Source: Myxococcota bacterium
Lineage (GTDB): Bacteria > Myxococcota_A > Polyangia > Nannocystales > Nannocystaceae
Length of the DNA stretch: 49,994 nt
Direction: 5' to 3'
Assembly: GCA_039028615.1 (NCBI GenBank)
Contig: JBCCHT010000062.1
Span: 1 to 49,994, forward strand
Part shown: positions 10,201 to 19,122 of the stretch, piece after piece
How the letters are laid out: each line of letters starts with the position of its first letter
Position numbering within the stretch: the first letter of the stretch is position 1
The notes under the pieces: generated by a model
What the model was told of the DNA's origin: nothing
What the model saw: only the letters and a program-made list of their open reading frames with translations
Databases searched by the model: none
Program-made: the position numbers and the translations under genes

Positions 10201-12041
10201 GTGGCGACCTCGAGCTGCAGGCCCACTTGCCGCGCGCGGTCGTTGGCGTACAGCAGCTTGGTGCGGAGCAGGGCGACCAGCCCCTCCCAGTCCTCGTTGT
10301 CGCGCAGCAGCGTGCCCAGCTGATCGAGGCTCGGCAGGTGATCGTCGACCGCCTCGAGGGCTTTTTCGAAGCATGCGCGCGCCTGCGTGCGGTCGCCCAG
10401 GACCAGCGCCAGCTCGCCGCTGCGGTGCAGCAGCTTGGCCTTGCGACCCGGGCTCTCGGTCAGCGCGATCTCTTGCTCGGTGACCTTGAGCAGCTCGCGC
10501 TGCCGCCCCGCTCGCGCCAGGGTGCGGGCCAGCAGCTGCAGCGAGGGCAGGTGCTTGGGGTGCTCCTTGAGCAGGTTGGCCAGGAACTTGATGGCCGTGC
10601 TCGGATCTTCGTCGCGCGCGTGCAGCTGTCCGAGCACCGAGAGCAAGAAGCGACGCCGGGCCGGAGTCTTGGCGCGCGACAGCTCGTCGGCGTAGTAGCT
10701 GCGCAGCCCGGGCAGGTCGGTCTGCTGATGGAGCGTACGCTCGAGTCGGTCGCGGGCGGGCCGGAAGCTCGCGTTGGTGGCGATGGCGTTTTCGTAGCCC
10801 TCGCGGGCGCCTTCGATCTCGCCGAGGCGCTCCTCCATGAGCTGCCCCGCGCGCAGGTGGGCGAGGGCGAGCTCTTCGCGGGTGAGGCCGGCGTCGGAGG
10901 CATTGGCGATCTCGAGCTTCACCAGCTCGAGCAGCTGCGACCACATGCCGTGGGCATTGAGGAAGCGACCGGTGTCTTCGATCGCGGGCACGTGCGCGGG
11001 GTTGAGCCGCAGAGCCTTGCGCATGGCGGCCAGGCCTTCGTTGGCCCGGTCGAGGCGGAACAAGGCCAGCTTGCCCATGCGGTAGAACAGCTCGGCTCGG
11101 GTGCCCGGCTCCTCTTCGTCGCCGATGGCTCGCAGCTGCCCCACGCAGGCCTCGAGGGCGATGTCGTGGCGGCTGGTGGCCATGGCCAGCTCTTCGAGGC
11201 TGCGCCACAGGCTGGCGTTGTGGGGCTGCGCTTGCGCGGCGGCTTGCAGCAGGGTGAGGGCGCCCGCGCGCTCTCGCTGCTCGCGAAGGGTCATCGCGGC
11301 GCGGGCCAGCGGCATCGCGCGGCGCTCGGGCGGCCGGGACTCGGCCTCGATCTCGAGCGCATGGAGCATGAGCTCGGTGTCGCCCGCCGCCTCGGCGATG
11401 CGGAACATGTCGGTGGCCAGCAGCAGGTGGCCGGGCGCCAGCTCGAGCGCGCCGAGCAGCAGGTCGCCCGCCAGCGGCAGGTCGCCCTTGTGCCGCGCTT
11501 CGAGCATGGCGAGGTCGTGCAGCAGGCCGGCGGTGACGGCCGGGTCGCGCACGATGTCGAGCTGCGCTTCGAGGTTGGCGATGAGGGAGAAGGGTTCCCC
11601 TCGGGCCAAACCGACCCGCTCCACTGCTCGCAGCACGGCGAGGTCGCGGGGCGTGGCCTTGAGCGCGGCCTGGTAGCACTGTTGCGCGGCCGCGAGATCG
11701 TGGAAGTGGGCCTCCACCAGCTGCCCGCGCTCGCGGTACAGCGCCGCCGCTTCACGCGGGTGCCGGGTCGCTCGAATCTCTTGGTCGAGATAAATGACGG
11801 CGGAACGAATGTCGCCCTTGCCGAGATAGATCCGGTACAGCAGGCGCATCGCCGGCCGCAGGTCGGGCACCATCTCGAGCGCGTGGGCGAGGTGCCGCGT
11901 GGCGCCGTCCTCGTCGCCGCGGAGGAGCAACCATCGCGCGCAGGTGGTGGCGAGCGCGGCCCGCAGTTGGGGATTGCCCGCAGGGGTCGACGAAAGGGCT
12001 TGCAGCACCTCCTGCAGGGGCAGCTCGTCGACGGCGGGCAT
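7254..12041 (-). CDS. Giant TPR-repeat protein (about 1595 aa) with C-terminal degenerate M48-peptidase-like domain
   Basis: TPR-like units throughout (e.g. ARACFEKALEAVDDHLPSLDQLGTLL). Start re-called to ATG 12041 (MPAVDEL) to avoid overlap with the upstream gene. Confidence 0.8.
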   Translation of the reverse strand: MPAVDELPLQEVLQALSSTPAGNPQLRAALATTCARWLLLRGDEDGATRHLAHALEMVPDLRPAMRLLYRIYLGKGDIRSAVIYLDQEIRATRHPREAAALYRERGQLVEAHFHDLAAAQQCYQAALKATPRDLAVLRAVERVGLARGEPFSLIANLEAQLDIVRDPAVTAGLLHDLAMLEARHKGDLPLAGDLLLGALELAPGHLLLATDMFRIAEAAGDTELMLHALEIEAESRPPERRAMPLARAAMTLREQRERAGALTLLQAAAQAQPHNASLWRSLEELAMATSRHDIALEACVGQLRAIGDEEEPGTRAELFYRMGKLALFRLDRANEGLAAMRKALRLNPAHVPAIEDTGRFLNAHGMWSQLLELVKLEIANASDAGLTREELALAHLRAGQLMEERLGEIEGAREGYENAIATNASFRPARDRLERTLHQQTDLPGLRSYYADELSRAKTPARRRFLLSVLGQLHARDEDPSTAIKFLANLLKEHPKHLPSLQLLARTLARAGRQRELLKVTEQEIALTESPGRKAKLLHRSGELALVLGDRTQARACFEKALEAVDDHLPSLDQLGTLLRDNEDWEGLVALLRTKLLYANDRARQVGLQLEVATLLASRLGRNEEALAELQRLLERWPRHLPALHAAESLATALGEHDTLLALLEQHIASVTGPRTRALLLHRAASIRTVVGDDDGAIRDLVRALELWPQLGVARAELLRLYERLGRSRELQAFAEAGLTSERGADDRRAMALQLAELSPKPVVAIQYLGAVAEARPEDYVTQLRLSRSCRAAGRPSREAGALRMACEVFTEQAKTGDPHLLALRYRAGRAEEAAGNLDEADSAYASILDVEPGHLLARRGRLRIKARKREAGLTRSASELEKAAAETEAPAEKAAYLTIAADLHERRQDLGQAVESIDAAIEACPGYLPALHARARLLERRGDHIPGADALDTLVELSERLASPRYRAVALCRAGTLALGRGTRGEPNPHAWKMFAAALTADPASDRAFRGLRRTLALHGSEGAPSLDTVLTARLDSMRERDILGPSSLRDLARLAAELEGPRQAVTLLRAGIDLADDDAGVRVDLAQAYAKLERWPEVVVELEAALSRELSPERKAALHFFAGDAHQRSGNAGAAVPHLLAAGQGGYHPKHALTSADRIAAKVGDLDHRVEALQLLVEIGDGPERVSGLRALAELHRGPLDQPDIAVERMRELLLLRPTDLIVITELWKLLTSLERSDEATAVLLAGVAHHRAWLRSSGLRSTKGDGTDLTGAAVIGLLRLFETMGDGDGMYLASAVLETVDASLVPEGLHCDELVTEPWPLPETQEGRPFDGLVGDLPAGHALDLLRDGVFYLGQIPGAPTPPNEKTQRPLPVSSAVVMVTRALAEAMGVPVPRVFVDPSGTDEVHAYLTGSPCLVVGRRVNNTPFGAPARDAIGRALFRLSTGGDAIHQRLTPEQLTSVLLALCAGAGVDLSSDMPDHDVEYLAQLQETTADGALGDLVELAVGFAEVAQTFDPQQLLQALHIAEDRAGAVCAADPRPGLKALADAGHLGDDRGSSVVGYLLSDDHLTLRRGLGYLTEIAAPIRRDHEGSA

Positions 12042-12102
12042 GCCGGGCGAGTCTACACGCTTTGGACCCTGGTCAAAGCCCAGGGGAGCCCCTCGGCGGG
12101 TG

Positions 12103-12837
12103 CTAACCCGCGGCCAGGACCTCGACGTAGTCCGCCAGGCCGAAGTGTCGTGGGGATCGCCCCTCGCCCGCATGCTTGGCCGCGAGCAGCTCGAGCATCA
12201 GCTGGAGGGTCTCGAGCCGGCACGTGAGGCTGTGGAAGTGGTCGGCCGGGATCGGAGGAATCTCGGCCAGGCGTTCTCGCAGCCACCGTGCGTCGTCGAT
12301 TTCTTGGTTGGTCTCCGTATCGTCGTCGTCGTCGTCGGGGGTCGGATGGAGGCCAAACGCGGTGTCGAACGTGGGTCCGGGCGCGATTCGGGGGTCGTCG
12401 GGCGCCAGCGTGTCGCCGGCGATGGCCTCGTAGGCCTGGTCCACGGGCGAGAAGTAGATGAACTGGGAGTCCAGCAGCAGGCGCAACCTCCGGGGATCCT
12501 TGCCATCCCCCACCCAGGTTCCCCCGAGCTGGTGTCGTACCAACTCGCCGAAGTAGGCCCCGGCTCCGGCGGCGACCAGGGACACGATGGGCTCTCGATC
12601 TTCGTCTCGGGCCAGCGACAGGTAGTGGTCGACGAAGGCCATGGAGGTGGGTGAGCCGTCGAGGCGGACCTCGAGCGCACGGTGGACCTGCTCGTCGAAG
12701 CTACGGATGAGCGCCTGCACCAGCGCTTCCGCTTTGGACTGGACGTCCGACACCGCCCCCCGTTTACCGACCTCAGCGCGAGTGGCGCTGTCGGTGTTGG
12801 AGGGAGTTGAACGGCTTACGCCAGCGTCCTTGGACAT
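12103..12837 (-). CDS. Hypothetical protein, weakly DUF3806-like
   Basis: Normal coding bias. Motif LDGSPTSMAFVDHYL...AGAYFGELVRHQLGGTW resembles the LDxSxxSL...GxYxGE...GGxW family. Contains an acidic DDDDDTE run. Confidence 0.65.
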   Translation of the reverse strand: MSKDAGVSRSTPSNTDSATRAEVGKRGAVSDVQSKAEALVQALIRSFDEQVHRALEVRLDGSPTSMAFVDHYLSLARDEDREPIVSLVAAGAGAYFGELVRHQLGGTWVGDGKDPRRLRLLLDSQFIYFSPVDQAYEAIAGDTLAPDDPRIAPGPTFDTAFGLHPTPDDDDDDTETNQEIDDARWLRERLAEIPPIPADHFHSLTCRLETLQLMLELLAAKHAGEGRSPRHFGLADYVEVLAAG

Positions 12838-12892
12838 GCGCGCAACCTTTACACGATGAACGGGGCGACGCTATGTTGGAGGCACGCCATCC

Positions 12893-15268
12893 GTGCCGTC
12901 GTTCGACTACAGTTGGTCGGAATCTGCGCTCTATCTCTGTCGCTGCGGCACGGTGTTTCCGTTGCAGCGATGGCGCTGGGTAGACGCCGACTCGAATCCC
13001 GCCTTGTTGGAGAAGGTGTCGGACACGGGTCCGTGGAGCGGGCAGTGTCCCTCCTGCGCCGAGCCGGCGACGGGCTCCGCCACTTGGCTGCGCGTGCGGT
13101 CCACGACCCAGCAAGCCACCTTGATGCTGGCTCCGTCGCAACGAGGTGAGCTCATCGAGGAGCTTCGGGCCCACTTGTCGCGGGTGCAGGCGCGCGGTGA
13201 ATCGGTGCCCAGCTGGATGCTGAGCCCGGACTTCGAGGTCACCGAGGCCCGCGGGGGCCGACGGGACGAGACGACGGCTCGACGCTCGTACTCCGAGCTC
13301 GCCGCCATGCAGCCGTCGGGTCCGGCCGCCGACGCCGAACAAACCGATGTCCGACGGGAGCCGTCGCGCCCCGTCCCGGTGGCGAGGAAGCCCTCGTCGC
13401 CCGAGCCCGCGGCGGCCGAGCCCGAAGGGGCGACCGCGGTCGTGGAGGTGCAGCCCGAGCCCGCGGCGGCCCAGCTCCCCGTATCGGAGCCGATCGCCCT
13501 GCTTTCGTCTCGCGAGGATCCCAACGCCGGGGTGCCGCAGCTCATTGGCGCCGACCTCCCATCGCCCGAGGTCGCCCGTCGACCGAGCACCATCGGGGCC
13601 CACGTGGCCGACCTCACGCTCGACGAAGTGGTCACCTTCCGAGTCCGGGTGACCTCCGACGAACTGCCTCAGTGGGAGGCCGCCCACCTCTCCGTTCGCC
13701 CGATTCACCTGCGTGGCCGGGGGTATCCGCTGGTGGGTGTGCGCGCGGTCGGGTCCTACATGGGTCAGGTGGGCTGCATCGACGCGGTCGTGGATGTCGG
13801 CAGCACCCTGGCGACCGACGTGTTCCGGCGGTTGTCCGAGCGCTTCGTGGCCACGCTGGTCATCGAGCATGGCTCTCGGGTGATCCCGCGAGAGATCGAA
13901 GCGTCGGGGCTGGAGGCCAACGCGGCGCTGTGCATCGAGTCCGCGCGGGGGATCCTGGCGCGTGGCGAGTACCCGCCCCAAGAGTTCGACAAGGCCCGCC
14001 GGGCGCTCGAGGCCGAGCCCACCGACGTTCGGCTCGCTCCGCCTCCGGTCTCGCTGTCCAAGGGCGCGTACCAGCACATCATCGGGGCCCGCGAAGCGGT
14101 GGCCGCCCTCGAGCACCTCGAGCGGGTCTCGCAAAAAGAGACGCTGGCGCGCCTGCTCGAGGTCGATGGCCTGCCGATGGCCGAGTACGACGAGATCCGA
14201 CGGCGGGTGCTCGAGGGCTCGCTGGCCCACGGGTTGTGTGCGCCCCGTCGGTTCTGGCGGCGGCTGGTCGCGTCGGGTCTGGCCAACGATCTCGCGGACT
14301 ACGCCCAGCGGCTGTGCGCCAATCGGGCCGCGCACCAGGGCGAAGAGGGCGATCTCGACGAAGAGGCCAACCGCGACGCCTGGCTCGCGATCCACGAGCT
14401 GTGCCTGCGCAAGGAGATTCCGCTGCCGGCCGAGCTGTGTCGGGCGCTCGAGCTGCCCGAGCCCGCGGCCAGTCCTCCGCCGCCCCCGGGCCGAGCCACC
14501 GCGGGCGAGATTCGATCCGGGGAGATCAACAGCGCAGCGCCGCCGCCGAGCCCCGTCCCGCCCGAGGCCCTGGGCCGTCGGCTTCGTGACCCGGGGCAGC
14601 GGCTGCGGGCCGCCACCGAGGTGCTTCAGGGCCGTGCCTCTGCCGACGACGTCGGCCAGGTGATCGACGCGCTCGAGGAGTTCGAGCGCGACGAGCTGCT
14701 CGCCCTGCTGCCCGACCTGAGCGACCTGGGATCGCGGGTGGTGCCCGGCCTCATCGCCAAGCTGCCCTCCGAGCGCCGCGAGGTCCGGCAGGCGGCGGCC
14801 ATCTTGCTCGGGATGTCCCGGGAGCCCAACGCCATGCAGCGGCTCTCCGATCACCTGGTGCGAGAACCGACTACCGTGTGGCTGGATATCGCACGTGCCC
14901 TCGGGTGGTACGGGACCGCCGCGATCCGCTGCCTGTGTCAGCTGTTGGCTCACGAAGCGGCGTCGCCCCGCGAGCAGCTGGCCATCGACCGGGTCTCGCG
15001 AGCGCTGGCCGAAATCGCAGTATCCCAAGATTCCGGGCACGATGCCCAAACAGGCCATGAAGCGGTGCGAGCCCTGGCTGACGCCCCCGATCCGCGGGTT
15101 TCCACCGCGGCCCGGCGGGCCATGGCCAGCCTGGCCGAGGTCACCGCGTCGGGAGCTCAGATTCGGGGCGAGATGCCCATGTCCGAGGTCACCGAAATTC
15201 GGGCCTTTGCTCGGCTGGCGTACGAAGCCATCATGGTGCCCGAGCTAGAGGTCGAGGCAGAGGCCTGA
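12893..15268 (+). CDS. CpXC zinc-ribbon domain protein with Pro-rich linkers and C-terminal HEAT repeats
   Basis: N-terminal CRCG...VDADSNPALLEK...CPSC. C-terminal HEAT-like repeats (REVRQAAAILLG, DPRVSTAARRAM). Confidence 0.75.
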   Translation: MPSFDYSWSESALYLCRCGTVFPLQRWRWVDADSNPALLEKVSDTGPWSGQCPSCAEPATGSATWLRVRSTTQQATLMLAPSQRGELIEELRAHLSRVQARGESVPSWMLSPDFEVTEARGGRRDETTARRSYSELAAMQPSGPAADAEQTDVRREPSRPVPVARKPSSPEPAAAEPEGATAVVEVQPEPAAAQLPVSEPIALLSSREDPNAGVPQLIGADLPSPEVARRPSTIGAHVADLTLDEVVTFRVRVTSDELPQWEAAHLSVRPIHLRGRGYPLVGVRAVGSYMGQVGCIDAVVDVGSTLATDVFRRLSERFVATLVIEHGSRVIPREIEASGLEANAALCIESARGILARGEYPPQEFDKARRALEAEPTDVRLAPPPVSLSKGAYQHIIGAREAVAALEHLERVSQKETLARLLEVDGLPMAEYDEIRRRVLEGSLAHGLCAPRRFWRRLVASGLANDLADYAQRLCANRAAHQGEEGDLDEEANRDAWLAIHELCLRKEIPLPAELCRALELPEPAASPPPPPGRATAGEIRSGEINSAAPPPSPVPPEALGRRLRDPGQRLRAATEVLQGRASADDVGQVIDALEEFERDELLALLPDLSDLGSRVVPGLIAKLPSERREVRQAAAILLGMSREPNAMQRLSDHLVREPTTVWLDIARALGWYGTAAIRCLCQLLAHEAASPREQLAIDRVSRALAEIAVSQDSGHDAQTGHEAVRALADAPDPRVSTAARRAMASLAEVTASGAQIRGEMPMSEVTEIRAFARLAYEAIMVPELEVEAEA

Positions 15269-15283
15269 GGACTCCAAGACGAA

Positions 15284-16018
15284 ATGCGGTACGGGATTTT
15301 CAGTGATACGCACGCCAACCTCGAAGCGCTCGAGGCCGTGCTGCGCAAATTCGACAAGCACAAGGTGGACGCTCTGGTTTGCATCGGCGACACCGTCGGC
15401 TACGGGGCTCAGCCCAACCCGTGCTGTGACAAGGTCCGCGCGCTGACCCGATACACGATCCTCGGCAACCACGATGCCGCGGTCGCCGGTCGCATGGACT
15501 ACAGCTACTACTACGACGCGGCACGCGAGGCGCTCGACCATCACGCCACGACGCTGACGCCCGAGAACATGAAGTGGCTGCGGAAGCTCCGCTACCAAGA
15601 GGCGGACGACGACACCCACTTCTGCCACGGCTCGCCGCTCGACCTCGAGCAGTTCGAGTACATCTTCACCCTCGATCAAGCCGCGACCTGCATTCCCATC
15701 TGGGACAAGCTCGGGCAAGTGACCTTCATCGGTCACTCGCACCTGTGCAAGTCGTACGCGCTGGGCAAGCACCGCGTCTACGAGGTGATCACCAAGCGCT
15801 TCGAGGTCCATCCCGAGTTCCGCTACATCGTCTCGGTGGGCTCGGTGGGGCAGCCTCGCGACCACGATCCGCGGGCGAGCTACACCATCTACGACAGCGA
15901 CGCGGGCTTGTTCGAGTTTCACCGCGTCGAGTACGACGTGGCGGCCGCGGCCCAGCGCATCTTCGACAACGAGCGGCTCTCCGACAGCTTCGGCGCCCGC
16001 TTGTTCGCCGGCGTCTAG
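15284..16018 (+). CDS. Calcineurin-like metallophosphoesterase (YfcE/PPP-like)
   Basis: Motifs SDTHAN, GDTVGYG, GNHD, HGSP, GHSH, GSVGQPRD. Confidence 0.92.
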   Translation: MRYGIFSDTHANLEALEAVLRKFDKHKVDALVCIGDTVGYGAQPNPCCDKVRALTRYTILGNHDAAVAGRMDYSYYYDAAREALDHHATTLTPENMKWLRKLRYQEADDDTHFCHGSPLDLEQFEYIFTLDQAATCIPIWDKLGQVTFIGHSHLCKSYALGKHRVYEVITKRFEVHPEFRYIVSVGSVGQPRDHDPRASYTIYDSDAGLFEFHRVEYDVAAAAQRIFDNERLSDSFGARLFAGV

Positions 16019-16039
16019 AGCCGCTGGGCGTGCCTCGGT

Positions 16040-18067
16040 CTACTTCGGGCGGCGATCGAGCAGCCCGAGGTCGGCGCGTAGGGCTCGGTCCATCTGGCCG
16101 CGGGTGATGAAGCCGGCCCGATGCATGCGGCGCACGTGGTCGCGGAGCGTCGCCTTCCACTCACGGTCGACGTGCCCGGAGACGAAGTCGTTGGCGAAGC
16201 GGTTGGGGGCGGGCGCGAGCGCGGCGATGTGGATCGACTGCAGCACCGACAGCTTCGACGCCGACTTCCCGAAGTAGAGCTGCGCTGCCTCTTCCACGCC
16301 GTGGGTGCCCGGGCCGAGCTCGATGACGTTGAGGTAAAGCTCCATGATCCGCGGCTTGGCGGTGGTCGCCTCGAGCCGGGAGGTGAGCAGGGCTTCTTGG
16401 AGCTTGCGCCCCCACGAGCGGTCGACGCCGAGCCACAGGTTGCGCGCCGCCTGCTGCGAGATGGTGCTGGCGCCGCGGCTCACCCGGCCCTTGACCAGGT
16501 TGTGCCAGAACGCGTGCTCGATCTGTTCGCGGTCGAACCCGTCGTGGTGCCAAAAGCGGCGGTCTTCGAGGGTGACGAAGGCGCGGGCGATGAGCGGGAC
16601 CTCGGCCAACGAGACGTAGCCGGGCCCGCCGCGGGCGAGCAGCCGTACCTGGTGGCGACCGTTGTGGTCGACCAAGCGGTGGCGATAAGGCCCGGACAGC
16701 GCGGTCAGATCGAGACGCGGGTCGTCGCTGACGACCGTGCAGCGCTCGAGGAAGGGAAAGTGCAGCGCCAGCTCGCCCATGGCCTCGGCTGGTTCGTCCG
16801 GGGTGGCGCGGGCCTCCGCCAGTGCCTGCCGGTCGAGCACGAGGCGGGCGTGGGCATCGAGCTGCCCTTCGAGGGTCGTGCCCGTGACCATGTCGTTCAT
16901 CCCTTCGGGGAGCGAGCCGATGAGCGCTTGGCAGGGCAGGGGCGCGAGCGATGCTTCGAGGTCGAGGACCTGCGGGTCGAAGTGCACCGACAGCGACAGC
17001 TCGGCCTGGCGATGGGCGAGCCATAGCTCGGTGTCGAGGGCCTCCCCGTCCCAGTTGATGTCGCCGTGGAGCTGGAGCTCGTCGAAGGTCGTCGCGGTGC
17101 GGGCGAGCTTGCGGTGATCGACGACCACGCCACCCACCGACAGGTGCTCGACGTGAGCGGTGCGCAGCGGGCCGTGTTCTTCGATGCGGAGGTCGGCATC
17201 CATCACCGCGCCCGCGAGGTCGACCCCGGCTTGGCCCAAGGTTCGGGCACCCATGCGGCCGAGCCCGCCGAGGGCGAAGCCTTGCGCGCGGATGTCCGCC
17301 CCGAGGCCGGCCCGCATCGCGACTTCGAGCTGCCCGCCGCCGTCATCGAGGAAGTGGGCCTCGACGGAATCCGGGCTCACCGTCAATGTCGTCGACAGCG
17401 GATAGCCGCCCGCGACCGACAGGGGTCCGGTCGCCTGCCATCGACGAGGGTCGCCGTCGACCGCCCGCGCTTCGAATGGCTCGAGGCCCTCCACATGGAG
17501 CCCCCGCCCCTCGGCGCTGAGACCAAAGCGGGCGCGCGCGTTGCCGCGACCGTCGAGCAGCAGCTCGGGCGCATCGAGGGTGGCGGTCAAGCCGGCATGA
17601 GAGATGGTGGCGGGGCCATGCACCCGCACGTGGACGGGAACCCCATGGGTATCGAACACGGAGCGCCGCGCCGCGGGAGCCGTGCTCGCGGCCGCTGGGG
17701 CTTCGTCGGAGGGTTCCGGTTGGGCGACGGGCTCCGCCGTCGGGGCCGCGGGGAGTCGAGCCAGGCGCAGACCCTCGGCGTCGACCACCACCCCGTCGAG
17801 GTCGACCGACACGGTGACCTCGTCCGCTTCCAGGTGCATGCCCGCGCGCTCGTGCCACGGGTGCGAGAGCCTCAGGCCGTCGATGTCGATGTCGGCGCGG
17901 GCCAGGCCGCCGCACAGGGAGACGTCGGTGCGGTCCTTGCCGCAGCGAGACATGCCCTCGCGCAGGCCCTCGAGGGCAGACCACTCCGCCCGCGCCGGGC
18001 CGATGAGCGCCACGGCGCCGGCCAAGAGCACCGCGATCCGAGTGACGTGGGCGACCGGGCGTCTCAA
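16040..18067 (-). CDS. Monofunctional peptidoglycan transglycosylase (GT51) with long N-terminal extension
   Basis: GT51 motifs EDRRFWHHDG, GASTISQQAARN, RKLQE, ELYLN, LAPAP. No transpeptidase domain. Start re-called to TTG 18067, followed by a signal/TM segment. Confidence 0.85.
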   Translation of the reverse strand: MRRPVAHVTRIAVLLAGAVALIGPARAEWSALEGLREGMSRCGKDRTDVSLCGGLARADIDIDGLRLSHPWHERAGMHLEADEVTVSVDLDGVVVDAEGLRLARLPAAPTAEPVAQPEPSDEAPAAASTAPAARRSVFDTHGVPVHVRVHGPATISHAGLTATLDAPELLLDGRGNARARFGLSAEGRGLHVEGLEPFEARAVDGDPRRWQATGPLSVAGGYPLSTTLTVSPDSVEAHFLDDGGGQLEVAMRAGLGADIRAQGFALGGLGRMGARTLGQAGVDLAGAVMDADLRIEEHGPLRTAHVEHLSVGGVVVDHRKLARTATTFDELQLHGDINWDGEALDTELWLAHRQAELSLSVHFDPQVLDLEASLAPLPCQALIGSLPEGMNDMVTGTTLEGQLDAHARLVLDRQALAEARATPDEPAEAMGELALHFPFLERCTVVSDDPRLDLTALSGPYRHRLVDHNGRHQVRLLARGGPGYVSLAEVPLIARAFVTLEDRRFWHHDGFDREQIEHAFWHNLVKGRVSRGASTISQQAARNLWLGVDRSWGRKLQEALLTSRLEATTAKPRIMELYLNVIELGPGTHGVEEAAQLYFGKSASKLSVLQSIHIAALAPAPNRFANDFVSGHVDREWKATLRDHVRRMHRAGFITRGQMDRALRADLGLLDRRPK

Positions 18068-18077
18068 TGGCTGAGTC

Positions 18078-19025
18078 TCACTGGAGCATCGGCGCGGCGG
18101 CGCTGGTCGACACGTTCGACCAGGTCGGCGCCTGCAAGAGCAGGGGATCGACGAGCCGGGAGACCAGCGCGTCATAAGGAAGGCCGGCCGCGTTGGCCAC
18201 CCGGGCCACCACGCCGTCGCGGTGCAGCGGGGGCAGGGGCTCGACCTCCAAGATGAGTTCGTTGTGCCGGGGGTGGAGCATCAGGTCGACCCGGGTCACC
18301 CCGGTGCCCAGGCCCAAGGCGGAGGCGGCTCGGCGGGCGAGGTTCTCCACGCCGTCGCGGCGACCGCGGGGCAGATCGGCCGGGCAGGTCATCTCCATGA
18401 TCTCGCCGCCCAGCGAGCGGCGGACCTCGGCGATCCCCAGGATGCGGTCGTCCAGCAGCACGACCTGCAGCTCGCGGCCGTCGATGGCCCGCTCCAAGAT
18501 GACCTCGTGATCGATATCGAGGGCGTGCTCGATGGCGGCTCGGACTCCCTGGGCCGACTCGAGCAGGGAGATCCCTTCGCCGTGGGCACCCCGACGGGGC
18601 TTCACCAGGCAGGGCCAACCGAGCAGCTCGAGCGCTCGTTCGTCCGCCTTGCGGCCCGGACCAAGCGCGACTGCCGCCGGTACGGGCAGGTTGTGGTAGG
18701 CCAGCAGCTGCCGAGATCGCACCTTGTCGAAGGCGAGCGCGACGGCCGGACCCGAGGGACCCACGAAGGGCAGCTTCCTCAATTGAAGGAGAGCCTGGAT
18801 GTCGCCCCGGCTGCCCTGGCGCCCGTGGAGGGCCAGTAGGCACGCATTCACGCCACTATGGCGGAGCGTCAGATCGAGGTCTTCGTCGACCCTCAGGGGC
18901 AGGGCGCGGTGGCCCTGGCCTCTCAAGGAGGCGACCAAATCGACTGCGCTGCGCTGGTCCACATGGGCCCGATGGGACGAAGGGGACGCAGGCGAGGTGA
19001 GGACGCCAAAGGTGAGGGGACGCAT
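18078..19025 (-). CDS. D-Ala-D-Ala ligase-like ATP-grasp protein, degenerate active site
   Basis: Collinear with DdlB (ALHGR, DKVRS, VKP, ERAIDGREL, RVDLM, LEV) but several catalytic motifs are changed (see findings). Start re-called to ATG 19025. Confidence 0.8.
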   Translation of the reverse strand: MRPLTFGVLTSPASPSSHRAHVDQRSAVDLVASLRGQGHRALPLRVDEDLDLTLRHSGVNACLLALHGRQGSRGDIQALLQLRKLPFVGPSGPAVALAFDKVRSRQLLAYHNLPVPAAVALGPGRKADERALELLGWPCLVKPRRGAHGEGISLLESAQGVRAAIEHALDIDHEVILERAIDGRELQVVLLDDRILGIAEVRRSLGGEIMEMTCPADLPRGRRDGVENLARRAASALGLGTGVTRVDLMLHPRHNELILEVEPLPPLHRDGVVARVANAAGLPYDALVSRLVDPLLLQAPTWSNVSTSAAAPMLQ

Positions 19026-19122
19026 CGCGTATCGCGCTAGCAGGGCTTGCCAATCCATCGCAAGTTTTTGGATATTCTTACGAGAGCGCCGGCCCGCACC
19101 GTGTTGTCGGCGAAAAATCGGG

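Noticed and set aside
18078..19025. VanA/VanB-type glycopeptide resistance ligase, or a pseudogene
   Set aside because: No vanH/vanX/vanRS nearby and the core D-Ala motifs are lost rather than retuned. The ORF has no frameshift or internal stop.
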